A DNA stretch of 64,000 nt from the NCBI GenBank assembly GCA_907165135.1, contig OU015569.1, positions 12,338,001 through 12,402,000 of the forward strand, given 5' to 3'. The notes beneath the pieces were generated by a model. The model saw only the letters and a list, made by a program, of their open reading frames with translations, had not been told where the DNA came from and searched no databases. Below are positions 13,228-27,033 of this stretch, one piece after another. Each line of letters starts with the position of its first letter. Position 1 is the first letter of the stretch. A program made the translations under genes and the position numbers. The stretch is from Oikopleura dioica (lineage: Eukaryota; Animalia; Chordata).

Positions 13228-14414
13228 AGAACTCAAAGATCAAAATTTTTTTGATGAATTTCAGACAGTGACATCCTTAAGTTTTATCGCGCTCTTGAAA
13301 AAGGCCTTCAATAAAAGAATTGAGGAAAAAGCGTAAAATTGAATGATGGTTGTCGATTTCTGCACTAGTAGCTTGAGAGCGCGAAGTTGTTTGTCTAACC
13401 GAAAGTGAATGTAGAATTGACTAAACATTTCATGCCTTATTACTGCTCGTCACGTGACAATGCCTTCCGAAAACTCACCACCTTTTCATGTTCAACTAAC
13501 GATTCAAAAACTTTCTATTTCCCAGAAAAGCAGCTAATTAAGGGGGTAAACTTTCTTATTTCTATCCTGGTTTGAGTTTTTGGGATAAAAATAGTGTTGT
13601 CACACCCTTATTTTTTATAAGTTTAAGGGGGTAGCAATCAGTCATTAGATCAGTTAATTTTGCAAAATATTTAAAGATTTTACAAAGTGACACCCTTATT
13701 TTGCTAAGGAAAAATAAAGTCACGAAAATTTCAATACTGATAGCTATCCCCTTAAAATAACATATGGTAGCAAGCAACAAACAGACCAGTAAATTTTTTT
13801 ACTTGTTTAAAGATTTTACATAGTGACATCCTTATTTTTCTTAACAGAATAAAGTCGCGAAAATCTCAATACTGACAGCTATCCCCTTAAAGAATTCGGC
13901 AGAAAATAGCCATTTACTCCCTTAATTTATATCTTTCATGTTGAATTTTCGTCTCGAGTCAAGTTATCATGGTGACTCCCTTAAATATTTTTCATCAAAA
14001 CTTAAGGGATTCCCTCCCTTAACAACTTGTCTCGAGAAAGAAATTCAACATGAACTGTTAAGGGGGTAACTGGCAATTTTCAGCAGTAAACGTGGGAGAG
14101 GAGTAACAGGTATGCGAAATTCAAATATTTTGTGATTGTTCGGCTCTCGGAGAGTACTTTTGAAAAGTGGCTATTATTTAACCTATTTGACAGGCAAGTG
14201 GGCACGTGAACCTCCATTCTCGCCGATTGCCCTTTCGGGCGCTAATTTGCATTCTATTTGATTTCTTGCGGAAGTTAGACAGCACCTCAATTTTTGGCAA
14301 ATCGCCACAGTGAAAATAAGAACTTTTTACTAAAAATTTTATATTTCAAAAATATCAAAAGAAACTAACTAAAAAATTAAGGGGATAGACATCGATAATC
14401 GAATAATGCGTAAA

Positions 14415-14748
14415 ATCCTGACTTAGGCTTGGAAATCCTGACTCAGGGTAAGAAATCCTGACTCAGGATTAGAAATCCTGACTCAGGGTTAAAAATCCTG
14501 ACTCAGGGTTAGAAATCTTGACTCAGGATTCCTGAGTCAGGAAAGCAAAATTGCCATCTTCAGCTAAATTTTGCGAAGGACCCTGACTCAGGATTTTAAA
14601 CAGGGTGACACTTGAGCTCGACACCCTGTGTAAAATCCTGAGTCAGGGTCCAAAAGAGCTTCGCAAAAATTTAGCTAAAAGATGGCAATTTTGGCGAAGC
14701 CGCTTTCCGGACCCTGACTCAGGATTTTAAACAGGGTGTCGAGCTCAA
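14415..14748. repeat. 20-bp tandem repeat (AGAAATCCTGACTCAGGGTT, about 5-6 units) plus family-A palindromes
   Basis: Tandem units at 14433-14530. Confidence 0.75.
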
Positions 14749-15354
14749 ATGTCAGAAGTAATAAAAAGGCGTTAAATAATGATTTTATAAATCTGTTTTT
14801 TGGCACCAGATTAGTAAAAACAAAAAGCTCTTGTTTAATATTGGTTGTAAATTAAAGTTGTAGCTGGCTGAAAGTAGCTAGGATTAAGGAGGTCACTTTC
14901 CGTTTGAGTGGGGAGGATGCGATTTTACGAGTAGCCAAGTAGCCAGCTGACGGAAGCGATTGCGTAACGGATTAGCCCGCATTATTTCCGGAAATCTTCT
15001 TCTCTTGACCTCGGCTCAGGCGATTGCCGGAAACTTCTCCACTCGATCAGTCGACCTTTTTTTGACTGACATCATCGTTGATTCTGATACAGATAACTTA
15101 CTATCATTGCCCCCCTTCTTGGTAGTATTTGAAAACAAGGGATTAAGATTCTAGAGCGCGAATAGTCGCCCTTCTCATGAGCGATTAAGGAGGGGATCAT
15201 GTTTTCTAAAATTGGATAAACGCGAATTTCTAATTTGGCAATAATAAAATCTTTTCCCAGACAATTTGAAAAATAAAGATTAACTAACCATTTCTCCTGT
15301 AACAGTTCGTGTTAATCTATACAAGATTTTCAGCTAAAAATTATAATGATTCCA

Positions 15355-15655
15355 TAATAGTCGAAAAAATTAAGGGAATAGGGCCCTAAATTGTCGATTT
15401 TCATAATAAAAATTATAAGAAAAATCGACAATTTAGGGGGTGGTGCCAGGAACCGACATAAAAATCGACAAATTTTGCGTGGGCAGCTGATTGGCTGGTT
15501 AGCCGAATCCAGGGTTCTGATTGGTAGAAAATTTCTACGCAAAATTTGTCGATTTTTTTGTCGGTTCCTGACACCCCTAAATTGTCGATTTTCTTAAAAT
15601 TTTTATTCTAAAAATCGACAATTTAGGGCTCTTCTTCCAAATTTTTTCGATTTTT
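15355..15655. mobile_element. CGACAA/TTGTCG-family palindromic element with a central double CCAAT box
   Basis: Arms of AAATCGACAATTTAGGG around the core GCTGATTGGCTGG...TCTGATTGG. Homologous copies lie at about 47500-48045, 57490-58015 and 63075-63300. Confidence 0.72.
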
Positions 15656-17894
15656 TCGATTCACGATGATTTGAGACGAGAATCTAAGCTAGATGGTCTG
15701 TTATTTTGAAAGTGGATTATTCAACAATTCGGATTTATTCTTCAAATCCGAAAATAGCCGCCCTTGATTTGAGAAAAAAGGGTTCAGCTGGTTCTTGAGT
15801 GGAATTTCGCGCTGCTTTGGCGGCGTCTTTCGAACGTGAATAGGTAGTAATTGTATTATCCACGTCGTCGGCATCACGATTTCACGCATGTGCGATGGGA
15901 CAAGCGTCAACTTTTTCGCGCTTTTAGAAAAAACGGAGATGGCCGCGTAATCATTAGCAGATATTCCTTTTCGTTAATTTTTAAACAAGACGGCATCAAT
16001 AATCATTATTCCTCTCCAAAGCAGCGGCGAATTGGATCCTTCCGAAAAACTCGCATAATTGAAGAATCATAATTTTTCAGCGGCTTATTCTTCAAAAGTT
16101 AAGATAGTGACACCTTTATTTTAAATTAACCAAAAGCCCGAATTTAAAATAAGGGTGTCACTAATTTAACTCTTGACGAACAGCTCTTGAAAATGAAAAA
16201 AGAAGAAGCCGAGCAAAATGGTGACACCCTTATTTTCAATTTTGGCTTTCTTTTGGCAAATTTGAAATAAGGGTGTCACTATTTTAACTCCAGACAAAGA
16301 GCTCTTGAAAATAAATATTTAGTTGTTGCTAGAATTTGCCATTTGATTGACAGTAGATTCAGTACATCTGAATCTGTAGATAAGAAATCAAAATAAATTT
16401 GAGGAATGAGTTTTATTGCCGAAAATAGTATCGCGATAAAAATGAAAATTGAGCAAGGTCACGTGAAGGAATTGATCGATCGAGCTGGGTGGTCGAATTT
16501 ATGATGAATTCGTAAAACGCGTCGATTTATCTTCATTCGCCGTATTCCGAAAGGGCCAAGGTTGCCTCTAATTAACTTTTTTCCATCGTAAAATATTTTC
16601 TTGTTGCTTTTTTGAAATATTCATTTGCGCCCGTTTTCTCACTCCCATCCATCATAATTCGCTGCCTCGTAATAGAATTAGTCGATGAGCACGACTAAAT
16701 CAAACGCGGGAATTTTTAGCTTGAGCATGAATCACTTCTTTTATTATTTTATTCATCACGTGATTAGCTTCAGAAATTTTTACTTAATAATTTTTGTGGA
16801 GAAATAAAAGACATTTTCTTCGGATAGAATGAAAATCGAATTAATGCGGTGTATCACCTTAAATTTCTATAAATTAACAGTCGAGTGAGCATTTGGCGGT
16901 AGCAGAAGGCGAGCCGGGTTAACTTGATTATCCGAAATGGAGCTTTGATCGTCTCTTTTTCGAAAATAAAATTATCTTTTTGATCAAATTTATTTCGCTC
17001 TGCTGGGGTCAACCATAAACTAAGCCAAATACCCCGTTTTGGAAATTGCAAAGTGAGCATTTTAGACTTTCCGAAGAATTTTTAACAGATCAGTTCAAAA
17101 AAATTCCTAAATATATAATTTGAGCATTTTTGCCCAAATTTTTGGTCTAAACTAAACCCTAACCCGAACATAAGAATTCCATAATTTAAGGGTATACCAT
17201 CCTTCGTGAGGAATATGAAAAATTTTAAAGCAAAGTGTACCCTTAAATTATGAAATTATGATGCTAGGGTGAGGGTTTAGTTTTGACCAAAAATTTGGGC
17301 TAACCTATTTTCCCCAAATTTTTGGCCAAAACAAAGCCCTAACCCGCACATAAGAATACCTTTCTTTATAAGTAATATGAAAAATTTTAAAGTTCCTGAA
17401 AAAGCAAGGTATACCCTTAAATTATCGAACTCCTATGTTCGGGTTAGGGTTCATTTTTGACCAAAAATTTGGGCTAAAAGCTCATAAGTTCATTTTTCTC
17501 TTAACTTCGGTTTTAAATTGGTTTAGAAATATCAGCGTCGCCAGAAAATGCGCTGGCGGGAGTGGAAGGTGGGATTTGGCGGTTTCTGGAATTTCATATT
17601 TTCGGCGATAAGCGGAATCAGTCCCAATTAACGTGCCTCAGATTTTTTAGAGGATACTCGAAGTCGCATTTCTCGCCACGCTGCCAGCAAGAAACAAAAG
17701 AAAGAAAAAGTGACAATTGCGGAGCCGCATTCCTCCCACCAAATGCAACAACTTCCGGAGAGCGACTTTGAGAGCGCTGCGCTGCAAATTACAAAATCGA
17801 CTATTTCAAAAATTCTCTAATTGCCGCTTTTAAAACATCTTCGAGACCCTTATGTCTTTGTCAATCAAGTTTACCTCTTTTGACATAATTTCTC

Positions 17895-18185
17895 GGCGAC
17901 CAGTGTCGAAACCTGAGTCAGGGCCCGAAAAGATCGCGGCTTTGTATCATTTATCTTTCAGGGCCCTGACTCAGGTTTCTACATAGGTTTTCCTTGACGG
18001 ACCTATTTGGAAACCTGAGTCAGGACCCTGAAAATCGATAATTGAAAGTCGACTCAGGTTTCCAAACAGGTCCGTCAAGGAAAACCTGTGTAAAAACCTG
18101 AGTCAGGGCCCTGAAAGATAAGTGACACAAAGTCGCGATCTTTTCGGGCCCTGACTCAGGCTTCGACACAGGTTGCCGAGAAATT
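17895..18185. repeat. Perfect-style foldback built from family-A modules
   Basis: TGTCGAAACCTGAGTCAGGGCCCGAAAAGATCGCG mirrors CGCGATCTTTTCGGGCCCTGACTCAGGCTTCGACA. Confidence 0.72.
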
Positions 18186-18915
18186 ATCTCAAAAGAGGAG
18201 CACTTCTGCATGAGAAACTGTCGCGGCCCGTGTTTGGTACTAAAGTTGACAGCTTGTTAAAAAAGCCCACGTTGGGGTCAAAAGGGGGATTACAACTCAA
18301 GTTGAACCCAGGCGAGACCTCCACGGAGGTCAACAAACACCAAAAAGAAACATTGCCGCTCTAAATGACGCTTTTTATTTCGAATAATATTTCGAATTCT
18401 TTGAAGAAATTTTTCCTCCTAAGTTAACATTGTGACACCCTTATTTTTTTGACCGAAAATTAGTTGAAATTCAGAGTCATCTTTTGGCTTGTTAAAATTC
18501 GAAGCTTTCAAGTTGAAGGTGCTCGTTGGCTCGGCTGGAAGTGGCACAGGTTGCGGCCTCATTTTGCCTTGTCGAATTGATTAGAGATTGCTTTTGATTT
18601 TGGAGGATCAGCTTGAGCGTGAAATGGGCGACTTTGATGAGTTGAAAAGAGTAAAAATGGGTTTTGTCCAAATCCGAACAGTTATCGAGTTTCTGTCAAC
18701 ATTTTGCATCTTTTATTCATAAGCTACAATTTCAACCCTCTCCAGCTCGAGCAGCTGAAATATAGACCCTCATTGATTTTTTTAAAAGAATCAAGGTCTT
18801 CGCTATTTTTGAAGAACTAAAAGAACCTCTCAAAAGCCAATTTTCAATGATATAAAATAAGGGTGTCACTATGTTAATTCTTGTACAAATGATGATTTGC
18901 CACGAGATATATAAT

Positions 18916-19198
18916 ATAAGGGGATAGACATCCTTAGCTTTATTTTTCAGGATTTTCCCTCAATTTAATACAGTGACACCCTTATTTTTATTCAAAATAA
19001 AGATTTGACCAGAAAAATTAAGGGTGTCTTAAGAATATATCATATATTAAATGATCATATAATAAAGGATATATTCTTGAGACACCCTTATTTTTTCTGG
19101 TAAAATCTTTATTTTGAGTCGAAAAATAAGGGTGTCACTGTATTAAATTGAGGGGAAAATTCTGAAAAAGTAAATTTAAGGATGTCTATCCCCTTAAA
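18916..19198. repeat. Foldback of the GTGACACCCTTA / TAAGGGTGTCAC family (family B)
   Basis: Nested mirrored ACACCCTTA modules. Similar units occur at 9630-9835, 11460-11780, 13540-14070, 16105-16290 and 25275-25415. Confidence 0.72.
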
Positions 19199-19654
19199 CA
19201 CTATCAATCGCATTTTTTCTTGTTTAATCAGAATAAGCTTTTTGATAATAATTCGAGCTGCGAATTTTCTCGTAGCTTAGTGGGTTAAGAAAGGAACTAG
19301 TTTTGTGATTTCGGCTTAAGGGGTGGCAAAGCACGCGAGTGGCGATTTATTAAAATTTCTTCGAGGTTTAACCTTGCTTGCCCTTGATCGCGCTTGAAAA
19401 ACGATCGACCCCGGGGTCGCCAAATGCGCTAAACAGCGCGATTATCGCGATTTTAAGAAAACATAATTATTTTCAAAAGAAGGAGCAGCTGAATTTGCTC
19501 AATTCAAGTGCCAAGAATACAGATTAGCATTTTATTCACAACTTTCGAAGGCGACTCAAGCACCCACTTTTCAAATTTGAGAATTCCCAGCAATAATACT
19601 GCCAAAATACTCGAATTGCTGAATTCTTAAATCACCATTTTGTTTTACCGCTAT

Positions 19655-20176
19655 TGGCTCTAGAATTTGCGCTTTGTACAGGCAGATGGGCTCAGAAACC
19701 TGTGTATTAAACCTGAGTCAGGGTCCATTTCACCTCTTTAGGACTCAGGAAAATTTGACAAAGTCGATACTCTTTTCAGGCCTGAGCTAGATTAAGGGGT
19801 AGCCTAGGCTCAGCAACTTGTATAAAAAACCTGAGTCAGGGTCCTTAATAGGTTAAATAGACCCTGACTCAGGTTTTTTATACAAATTGCCGAGCACAGG
19901 ATACCCCCTTAATCCGGCTTTGGCCTGAAGAAGAGTATCGATTTTGACAAATTTTCTCTAGAAAAAGAGACAAACACCATAAATGAGTCTAAGCAAACTC
20001 GCATTTGAATTTTACCGTTTCAATTTAAAATCGTAAAAGATACCTATCCGATACTAAATCGTCGTAATTTGGTCTACGTAAAAATATAATGATAAATAAT
20101 GACAAAATAAATAATCGAACAAACTGGGCTGCAAAAAGCGCTGAAAATCCTAAAGCGCTCTTTTTTGATTAAAATT
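19655..20176 (-). repeat. Right (inverted) copy of the ~530-bp segmental duplication
   Basis: Contains CTCTAGAAAAAGAGACAAACACCATAAATGAGTCTAAGCAAACTCGCATTTG, the reverse complement of about 402-453, and is collinear throughout. Confidence 0.88.
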
Positions 20177-21129
20177 TGAGAAAATGTAAATAAGGGTTTC
20201 CTCGAAGATAGAGCCGATCTCGTTCGGCAAGAAGGGGCGTCCTCGGGATGCATTTCCGCCTTCCGCTTGGGCACTTGAAGAGATAATGGAGCATCCCATT
20301 ATTTAAAAAGAGAGGAAACAAACCGGTTAATCCTAAACCCAACTCTTCATCCGAATTTTTTATTTACAGTCGTGGAGTTCTTCTGTTTTAGATTTGGTCG
20401 ATTACCTGAGATTCAAATTCAATCAGGAATGTGTCTCTAGAATCAGAGGGCGGAGTCGGAAGAGCATTAATTAGGAGCGAAGAGGAGAAATAATTGATTC
20501 AGAAATGAGAAATTAAGGGTATCCGGGATACCGTATCCCGAACGATCGGATTCTTTCGAACGAGTCCTCCTTAATTTTCATCCATTTTTATTCTAGAATG
20601 ATTCTAGAATCTAGACTCTAGAGTCTAGATTGATTCTAGAGCCTTGAATTTACCCCTTAATAAATTGGGAAAATTCACTGTTGACACCCTTAATTTTAAA
20701 CAAGAAAAATTCAGGTTTCTTAATTTTTTTCAAACAAAAAATAAAACTGACGCGCGTTTATTTATTCCCCGTCAACAGTAATTAATCATCGCTAACGATG
20801 ATTTCTCGTTTTTTCGTTTTTTTTTCGTTTTCGGAATTTAAAATTTATGTTTTGTTTGATTTGGGATGATTTCGAATTCGCATTTGTGAGTGTCTGGCTT
20901 TGTTCGCGCTGAGAATAATTTGGAAACGGAAGCGCCTCGATTCCAAAATTCAAAAGAAAACGACGATTATTCTCAAGAAAGCAAATACGCCCATCTGACG
21001 CCTCTGTATCTACTGTAGCCTCCTTTTTACCATTGTCTTTTTAGTTTGACTCTTTGCTCATCTGGTTTTCTAGCAGAAGAATTTTTTGCTCGTTTCTTGT
21101 GTCGGCTCAGAAATCTGCGCAGAAAAACC

Positions 21130-21648
21130 GGGCGACACTGGGAATGTCGCCGAATGTCGCTGAATGTCGCTGAATGTCGCCACTCATTTTTAAAAACAGA
21201 ATTTTCTTTCAAAATGCCTGTATTTTTAAGAAAAAGTGGTGACATTCGGCGACATTCAACAAGATTTAGCGACATAGGCGACATTCAACGACATTCGGCG
21301 ACATTCAGCGACATTCGGCGACATCCAACGACATTCGGCGACATTCAGCGACATTCGGCAACATTCATCGACATTCGGCGACATCCAACGACATTCGGCG
21401 ACATCCAACGACATTCGGCAACATCCAACGACATTCGGCAACATTCATCGACATTCGGCGACATCCAACGACATTCGGCGACATCCAACGACATTCAGCA
21501 ACATGCAACGATATTCGGCGACATTTGGCGACATTCGGCGACATTCGGCGACATTCTGTGACATCCAACGACATTCGGCAACATTCAAGGACATTCGGCG
21601 AAACTCGGCGACATTCGGCGACGTTTGGCGACTTTCCCAGGGCGCCCC
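21130..21648. mobile_element. MITE containing a 9-bp (GCGACATTC-type) minisatellite, nested inside a family-A TIR
   Basis: TIRs GGGCGACACTGGGAATGTCGCC and GGCGACTTTCCCAGGGCGCCC. TSD GAAAAACC at 21122-21129 and 21649-21656. About 40 9-mer units at 21240-21630, with inverted units at 21142-21180. Confidence 0.8.
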
Positions 21649-24436
21649 GAAAAACCTGAGTCAGGGTTTTCCGAAAGGGCTTAAATAAATTTTGACTCAG
21701 GTTTTCGCACGTAGGTTCCAAGCACCCGTTCTTGGAGAAACCACTGTAATCCGTGAATAACAAAGAATCTGATCTAAAACGCCACGTTCGTTTTAAATAA
21801 TCGAAAAGAAACTAGAAGAAGGGTTCACCTTGGCGCTGAATAATGAATGGAGCAAGGAGGAGTGAGTCGCTCTTGCCTAAGTGCTGTCACAATCTAAATC
21901 GGATTCTAGCGCGGCCTTCTGCTTTGTGACCTGTCTCGCGGAAACGATAGATTTCACCGCTGACGCGCGCTACAAACAACGGAAATCGCCGAAAATTTGG
22001 TTAAAATGCATTTTCGCTTTTTCTGAACTTTTTCATCGAATATTCGAATATTTCCAAAACGACTCGCTTAAAATTGTCAATTGGAAGAAAACAAACAGTC
22101 GATTTCTTTTTGGTCTTTTTCTCCCGCTGCGTTTTGAAAATGCCCCGTCCATGTTGATCAGCTTTAAACTTATTTACATGGCGCAGCTTCCTGTCTGACA
22201 GACGCCAAAATAAAGAAGAAGAATCGTCGAAAATTAAAGATGCGCAAAAATGTCCTTCTTTCCAGAAAAAAGAAAGGTTGAAAATGTCGCTCTGACCCAA
22301 TCTCACGTTCGCCAATTCTGGAGATTCTAGAGCCGCGCCGCTTTCCGCTGCTCCGGATCAATCTCATTCCGCTCGTTTCTTTGAAAGTTACAGCGAATTT
22401 GCGACTTTCAAGACTGTAATTAGACTCGCTCCAGTGAGCGTCTTTTTTATTGTTTTCGGTTTTTTGACAATTCGTAAAAATCATAATTTGCATCATTAGC
22501 CGGATACTCAACCCTCTTTACTGACATAATAACTGGCAAGACAACATCATTCTCCTTTTTATTGGTCACCTTAAGGGTGTCAACATCGATTGAGTAAGGG
22601 TATCTCTTATGAGTCGAACAATTACTCCGAAAAATCGATGTTGACACCCTTAAATCATGATTTTTTTCTGAGACCAACGGACTTGCTCTTCAAATATTGG
22701 ACGAGAAAATACGAAAATCGGCTCTAGAATGTGAGTTGGATGATCCATCTTGTCGCGATTGAGCGTTTAGCGACAGGGAGTGGAGCTAATCAATGCTGCC
22801 CAAGCTATCAATTTTGCAATTAGGCTCGATTAGGACGTAAGTTGGAGGAACCTCCACGACTCGAGCACTTACTAGTAAAGTCTTGTAACTGTAACGAGAA
22901 AATCGGACACGCGCCGCCTGTTCCAAATTTGCATAATGTATCAACCCAAACCCAATCTCATCGCGCTCTCACGTGTTTTCATTCCGACCCGCATAAGTTC
23001 CATAATCGCCGCGGCCTAAGAATTCTTAATTTTATTTCCAAGCCGAGATTTTTTCGAAAAAAAAAATTTAAAAAACCGGCATTGAGCTTGGCAATCTGTG
23101 TAAAAAACCTGAGTCAGGGTTTTTTTTACATCCTGACTCAGGTTTTCTTCAAAGATTCCCGAGCCCTGTGTTTCGGCTTTTGAGAAATCCAAAAAATAAA
23201 CGGGATGAGGATTAAAACAAATCATATTGTAGGAGAAAAAAATTGACGGAAGTAAAATTTCCACGAAAAAAAAGAGGCTTAGACCCAATTTTGGGCGAAT
23301 GTTTTTGAGCAAACAAGGCGCAATAGGGAAGCACTTTACGCCGGAGGGGAGCCGAATGTGCCCAACTTCCGAACTCAGTATCCGCCGTTTTGAAAAGGCG
23401 AATAAGCAAAGCACTTCCGAAATCTGATTGTTAAAATTATATTGTCTCTTTTGGAAAATATCCAATCGCGGCTCCCGCTCTCACAAAAAATAAAACATTT
23501 TTCTTCAAAAACGGAAACATTCTCATTTTAAAACAATAAAGAATGTAATGTACTGTTTTCATCTGAGCTCGGCAACCTGTGCAGAAAACCTGAGTCAGGA
23601 TCCTGAAAGTCAAGGATCCTGAGTTACAATAAAAAGCCGCCACTCGGCTTTATATTTAGGTCCCAAACTCAGGTTTTTTACTCAGGTACTATATTTTTAT
23701 ATTAATCTTAATAATTTCTTCCTTTGTATATTTTCGAATTATCGCTAATAATTCGTAGCGGAAGCAGCTTATTACCAAAATACAACTTTCGCCTTGGATC
23801 GTTTTTTGTCTGATCCTGGCTTGATCCCGCTTTTTAGAAGATTTTAAACATCAAAACGCCGCGGCTGTTTTCACCAAAATTCGAAATTCGCAAAAAGCAA
23901 GTTTCAAAAAGCAAGTTTCGTTTTTCCGTTTTTTCGCTAAATGCTCTTTCAAGAGCGGCGCATTTCCGCTCGTAATCCCCGAAATAGCCGCTTTCACAGC
24001 TTCTCGACTTTCCGAAAGCAAAAACGCTAGAACACTAGAACTTCAATTTTACGCACCCGTTTCAATAAATTCATTTTTATTGATTTTTTTTTCAAGGTCA
24101 AAAAAGAACATTTTTTGGAAAAGGAGGTGTTGATTTTTGCAATTATAAATTGCAAATTCAAAATAGGCCTTGTTGGCGAGTATCCAGCGCCGTCGATACA
24201 ATTTGTTGAAAAATTAATCTTTTGTTAATCTGGCTCTGAATTATTGAGGGGTTGTCTTCTCAGCTGGAGAAAATAAAATTATTGTCGCCTAATTCGCTGA
24301 CTCGTGACTCGCCTCGCCCGTCAAACGCATTCAACACCGACTAGCTTCTTTTTTGAAATCGCTCTTTACTAAATTACCGAAACATCAATTATGCAGCCTG
24401 TTATTGCATTTTGATAAAAAACACTATTTTCTTTTC

Positions 24437-24664
24437 CGTGTAGAAAGCCTGAGTCAGAATCTGAAGGTTTAAAATGAAAAGCCGCGTAGCGGCTTTTTGA
24501 AAATCGAAGCCGCAAAGCGGCTTCGCTAGTTTTCAATTAGAGATTTAAGAAAGTTATATTGCGAAGCCGCTTTGCGGCTTCGATTTTTAAAAAGCCGCTA
24601 CGCGGCTTTTCAGTTTAGCTCTTTCAGGCCCTGACTCAGCCTTTCTACACATGTTGCCGAGCCA
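24437..24664. mobile_element. Family-A MITE
   Basis: Mirrored arms with a GCCGC core. Confidence 0.75.
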
Positions 24665-26801
24665 AATTGGTCACTTTTAAGGGTGTCAACATCGATTTAA
24701 AAAAGTATCTTTAAAACCCATTTTCGATGTTGACACCCTTAATGAAGTTATCCAAATACAGAATGATTGAAAAAATAAGCCAAATGAAAATAAGTGTAAT
24801 TAAGGGGGTGCCCTTAATTATTTTTATTTCTAAATTTGCTTTTGAATCGGAGGGGCGCAATCATAATTAGCGTAAATACGCGAGCTCAAATTTGAAAAAA
24901 AAATGGCGTGTGAAATTTTTCGCTGAAACTTGAGCCGCGGCACACGTCTCCGTAATTTCGCAGCTCAGAAACTAAAACGCCGAAAAGAAGAAGAAAAAAA
25001 CGTAATGGGCAATTTTTCGAAAATTGGCGCGTTAGGGGCGGATTGTTCACAGCACGGCCGTTTTATCGCCGCCTAAAGATAACCGCTTGTTAAGGGACTT
25101 CCGAAAGCCCCAAACAATCCGACGCATGCTCACTTTATTCGGCAAAGTCCACTCATCATCATTTACTCATTCGGGCGAAAGATCGCTTCTTCCGGAGAAA
25201 TCAATTCAATTTCAGATGATGAGGTAAATATCAAGCTTCGTCTTTTTATACTGCCTTTTCCTCCTTAATTTAACATAGTGACACCCTTATTTCATTTCAT
25301 CAAAAGAAAGTTCAAATAATTTTGTTTCTTCTGAAATATAAAAGAAAAAAATAAGGGTGCGACACCCTTATTTTTATTTCTAACTTTCAATGAAGAGAAA
25401 TAAGGGTGTCCCTTCGCTAGCTTCAAAAAAAGGCCTGAGCAAGTTCAGTAACAAAGAATCGTTTCTTGCTTGTCCCAAAAAAAGGGCGCGAAGAAGCGAT
25501 AACAAACGCAGCAGGATACCGCGGCGATAAGGCATTCTTGCTTTGCCAGGTCAGATGCCGCAATGCGCTATCTAGAATTTGCGCGAGAAGAAAACCGACA
25601 AACTCCAGCCTCAATTAAGAAAACGCGCAAGAATGCTCGAAGATTGATAACACTTATCAACTCCTTTTCGTTTTTTTTTTTCTCAGACTTTTTTTAAATT
25701 TTGAAAGAAAAAAAGGAAAGTTGATTGCAAGTGGCATTGTTTGTAGGCAGCGATTAAGGGGAGCAGTGGAAGGGAAAGTGCTTTGAAAGTGAGAACGGGC
25801 CGCATATGGCTGAGAGGGGAGGGATGAGACGAAACACTTGCCGCGCAGCTCGGTCGGAACAAAGTCCCTGTTTCCACATCGAACAGAAGACCCAACATCT
25901 GGACACTTCTTCGTTCCATTTTTTCGGCCTGGTCATCGTTAATTCTATTTAAAGCAGACTTTTTGAAAGGTTCAAAGGTTTCTTCTTGGGCTTAATAAAT
26001 AAGGGTATCACTCTGCTAATTGTTAAAAACGTCGAAGAAAAGTCATATTGGAGCCTAAGCTTGGCAACCTGTGTGGAAAACCTGAGTCAGGGTCTGAGAG
26101 ATCTTTTTCATTCAGATTTTTCAGACCCTGACTCAGGTTTTCAAGCTTTGTCTTTACTTCAGATTTTTGTCCTTTAATTAACATAGTGACACCCTTATTT
26201 AATTTCATCAAAAGAATGAAGTAAAATAAGGGTGTCACCTTGGCAAACTGTATTGAAAACCTGAGTCAGGGTCTAAACGATCTTTTCAGATCATTCAAAA
26301 TTTCCTGACTCAGGTTTTCTACGCAGGTTTTCGAGTTTAGCTCGGAGCGTTTTATTTTGTAAAAATAAAAGTTTTCAAGTGAAAAGTCGCATTTGCCGTC
26401 TGTTTGTTTTTTGTTTGACAAAAATAAGAATAATTTGAGAGAACGGAAAATCTAAAATAGGATCGTCGTTCGCGGGCGGGTTAAACAGGTTAAGGAAAAA
26501 AAGACGCGGTGGAGAGATGAGAAAGTGGATTTATGTTTGCATCCGGGAGGGGATGAAAGGGCTTACATCGGCTGACGAGCGTAAACAGGCGATTAGATTC
26601 AACCCCACTCTAGAATCAAGAAGATCATACTTATGTTACCATCGGAGATAATTACGCGCGCTTTCAGCCAGCGCCAAAATAGATTAAAACGACACTTGCC
26701 ACTTTTTTGATAAAAAAGAAGATTTACGTTTTACTAAGCCCCCGAGTTGATTACATAATCATCCAACATTTTTTTTAAAAGAAGCTAAAAGCTTGAGCTC
26801 T

Positions 26802-27033
26802 TGGGCTCAAAAAAAACTGTGTACAAAACCTGAGTCAGGGTCTCAAAAAGCTGAAATGAAAAGCCGCGCAGCGGCTTTCTTAAAAACGAAGCCGCGAATA
26901 CTACCACTGGAATCTATAATAAAATTCTAGCGAAGCCGCTTCGCGGCTTCGTTTTTGAAAAAGCCGATGCGCGGCTTTTCATTTTAGCTTTTTCAGACCC
27001 TGACTCAGATTTTCTACACAGTTTGTCGAGCGC
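26802..27033. mobile_element. Family-A MITE
   Basis: Mirrored arms with a GCCGC core. Confidence 0.75.

Noticed and set aside
14433-14540. CRISPR-like regular repeats (also the family-A chains at 7824-8395)
   Set aside because: There are no unique spacers of constant length and no cas genes, and the context is eukaryotic with introns.
21027-21763. Long overlapping ORFs on both strands (up to 171 aa)
   Set aside because: They are translations of the stop-free 9-bp minisatellite inside a MITE.
25211-25230. Possible 8-nt microexons (TTCAG-ATGATGAG-GTAAAT; similar at about 4141-4160)
   Set aside because: Such matches are expected by chance in 64 kb, and no host gene was identified.
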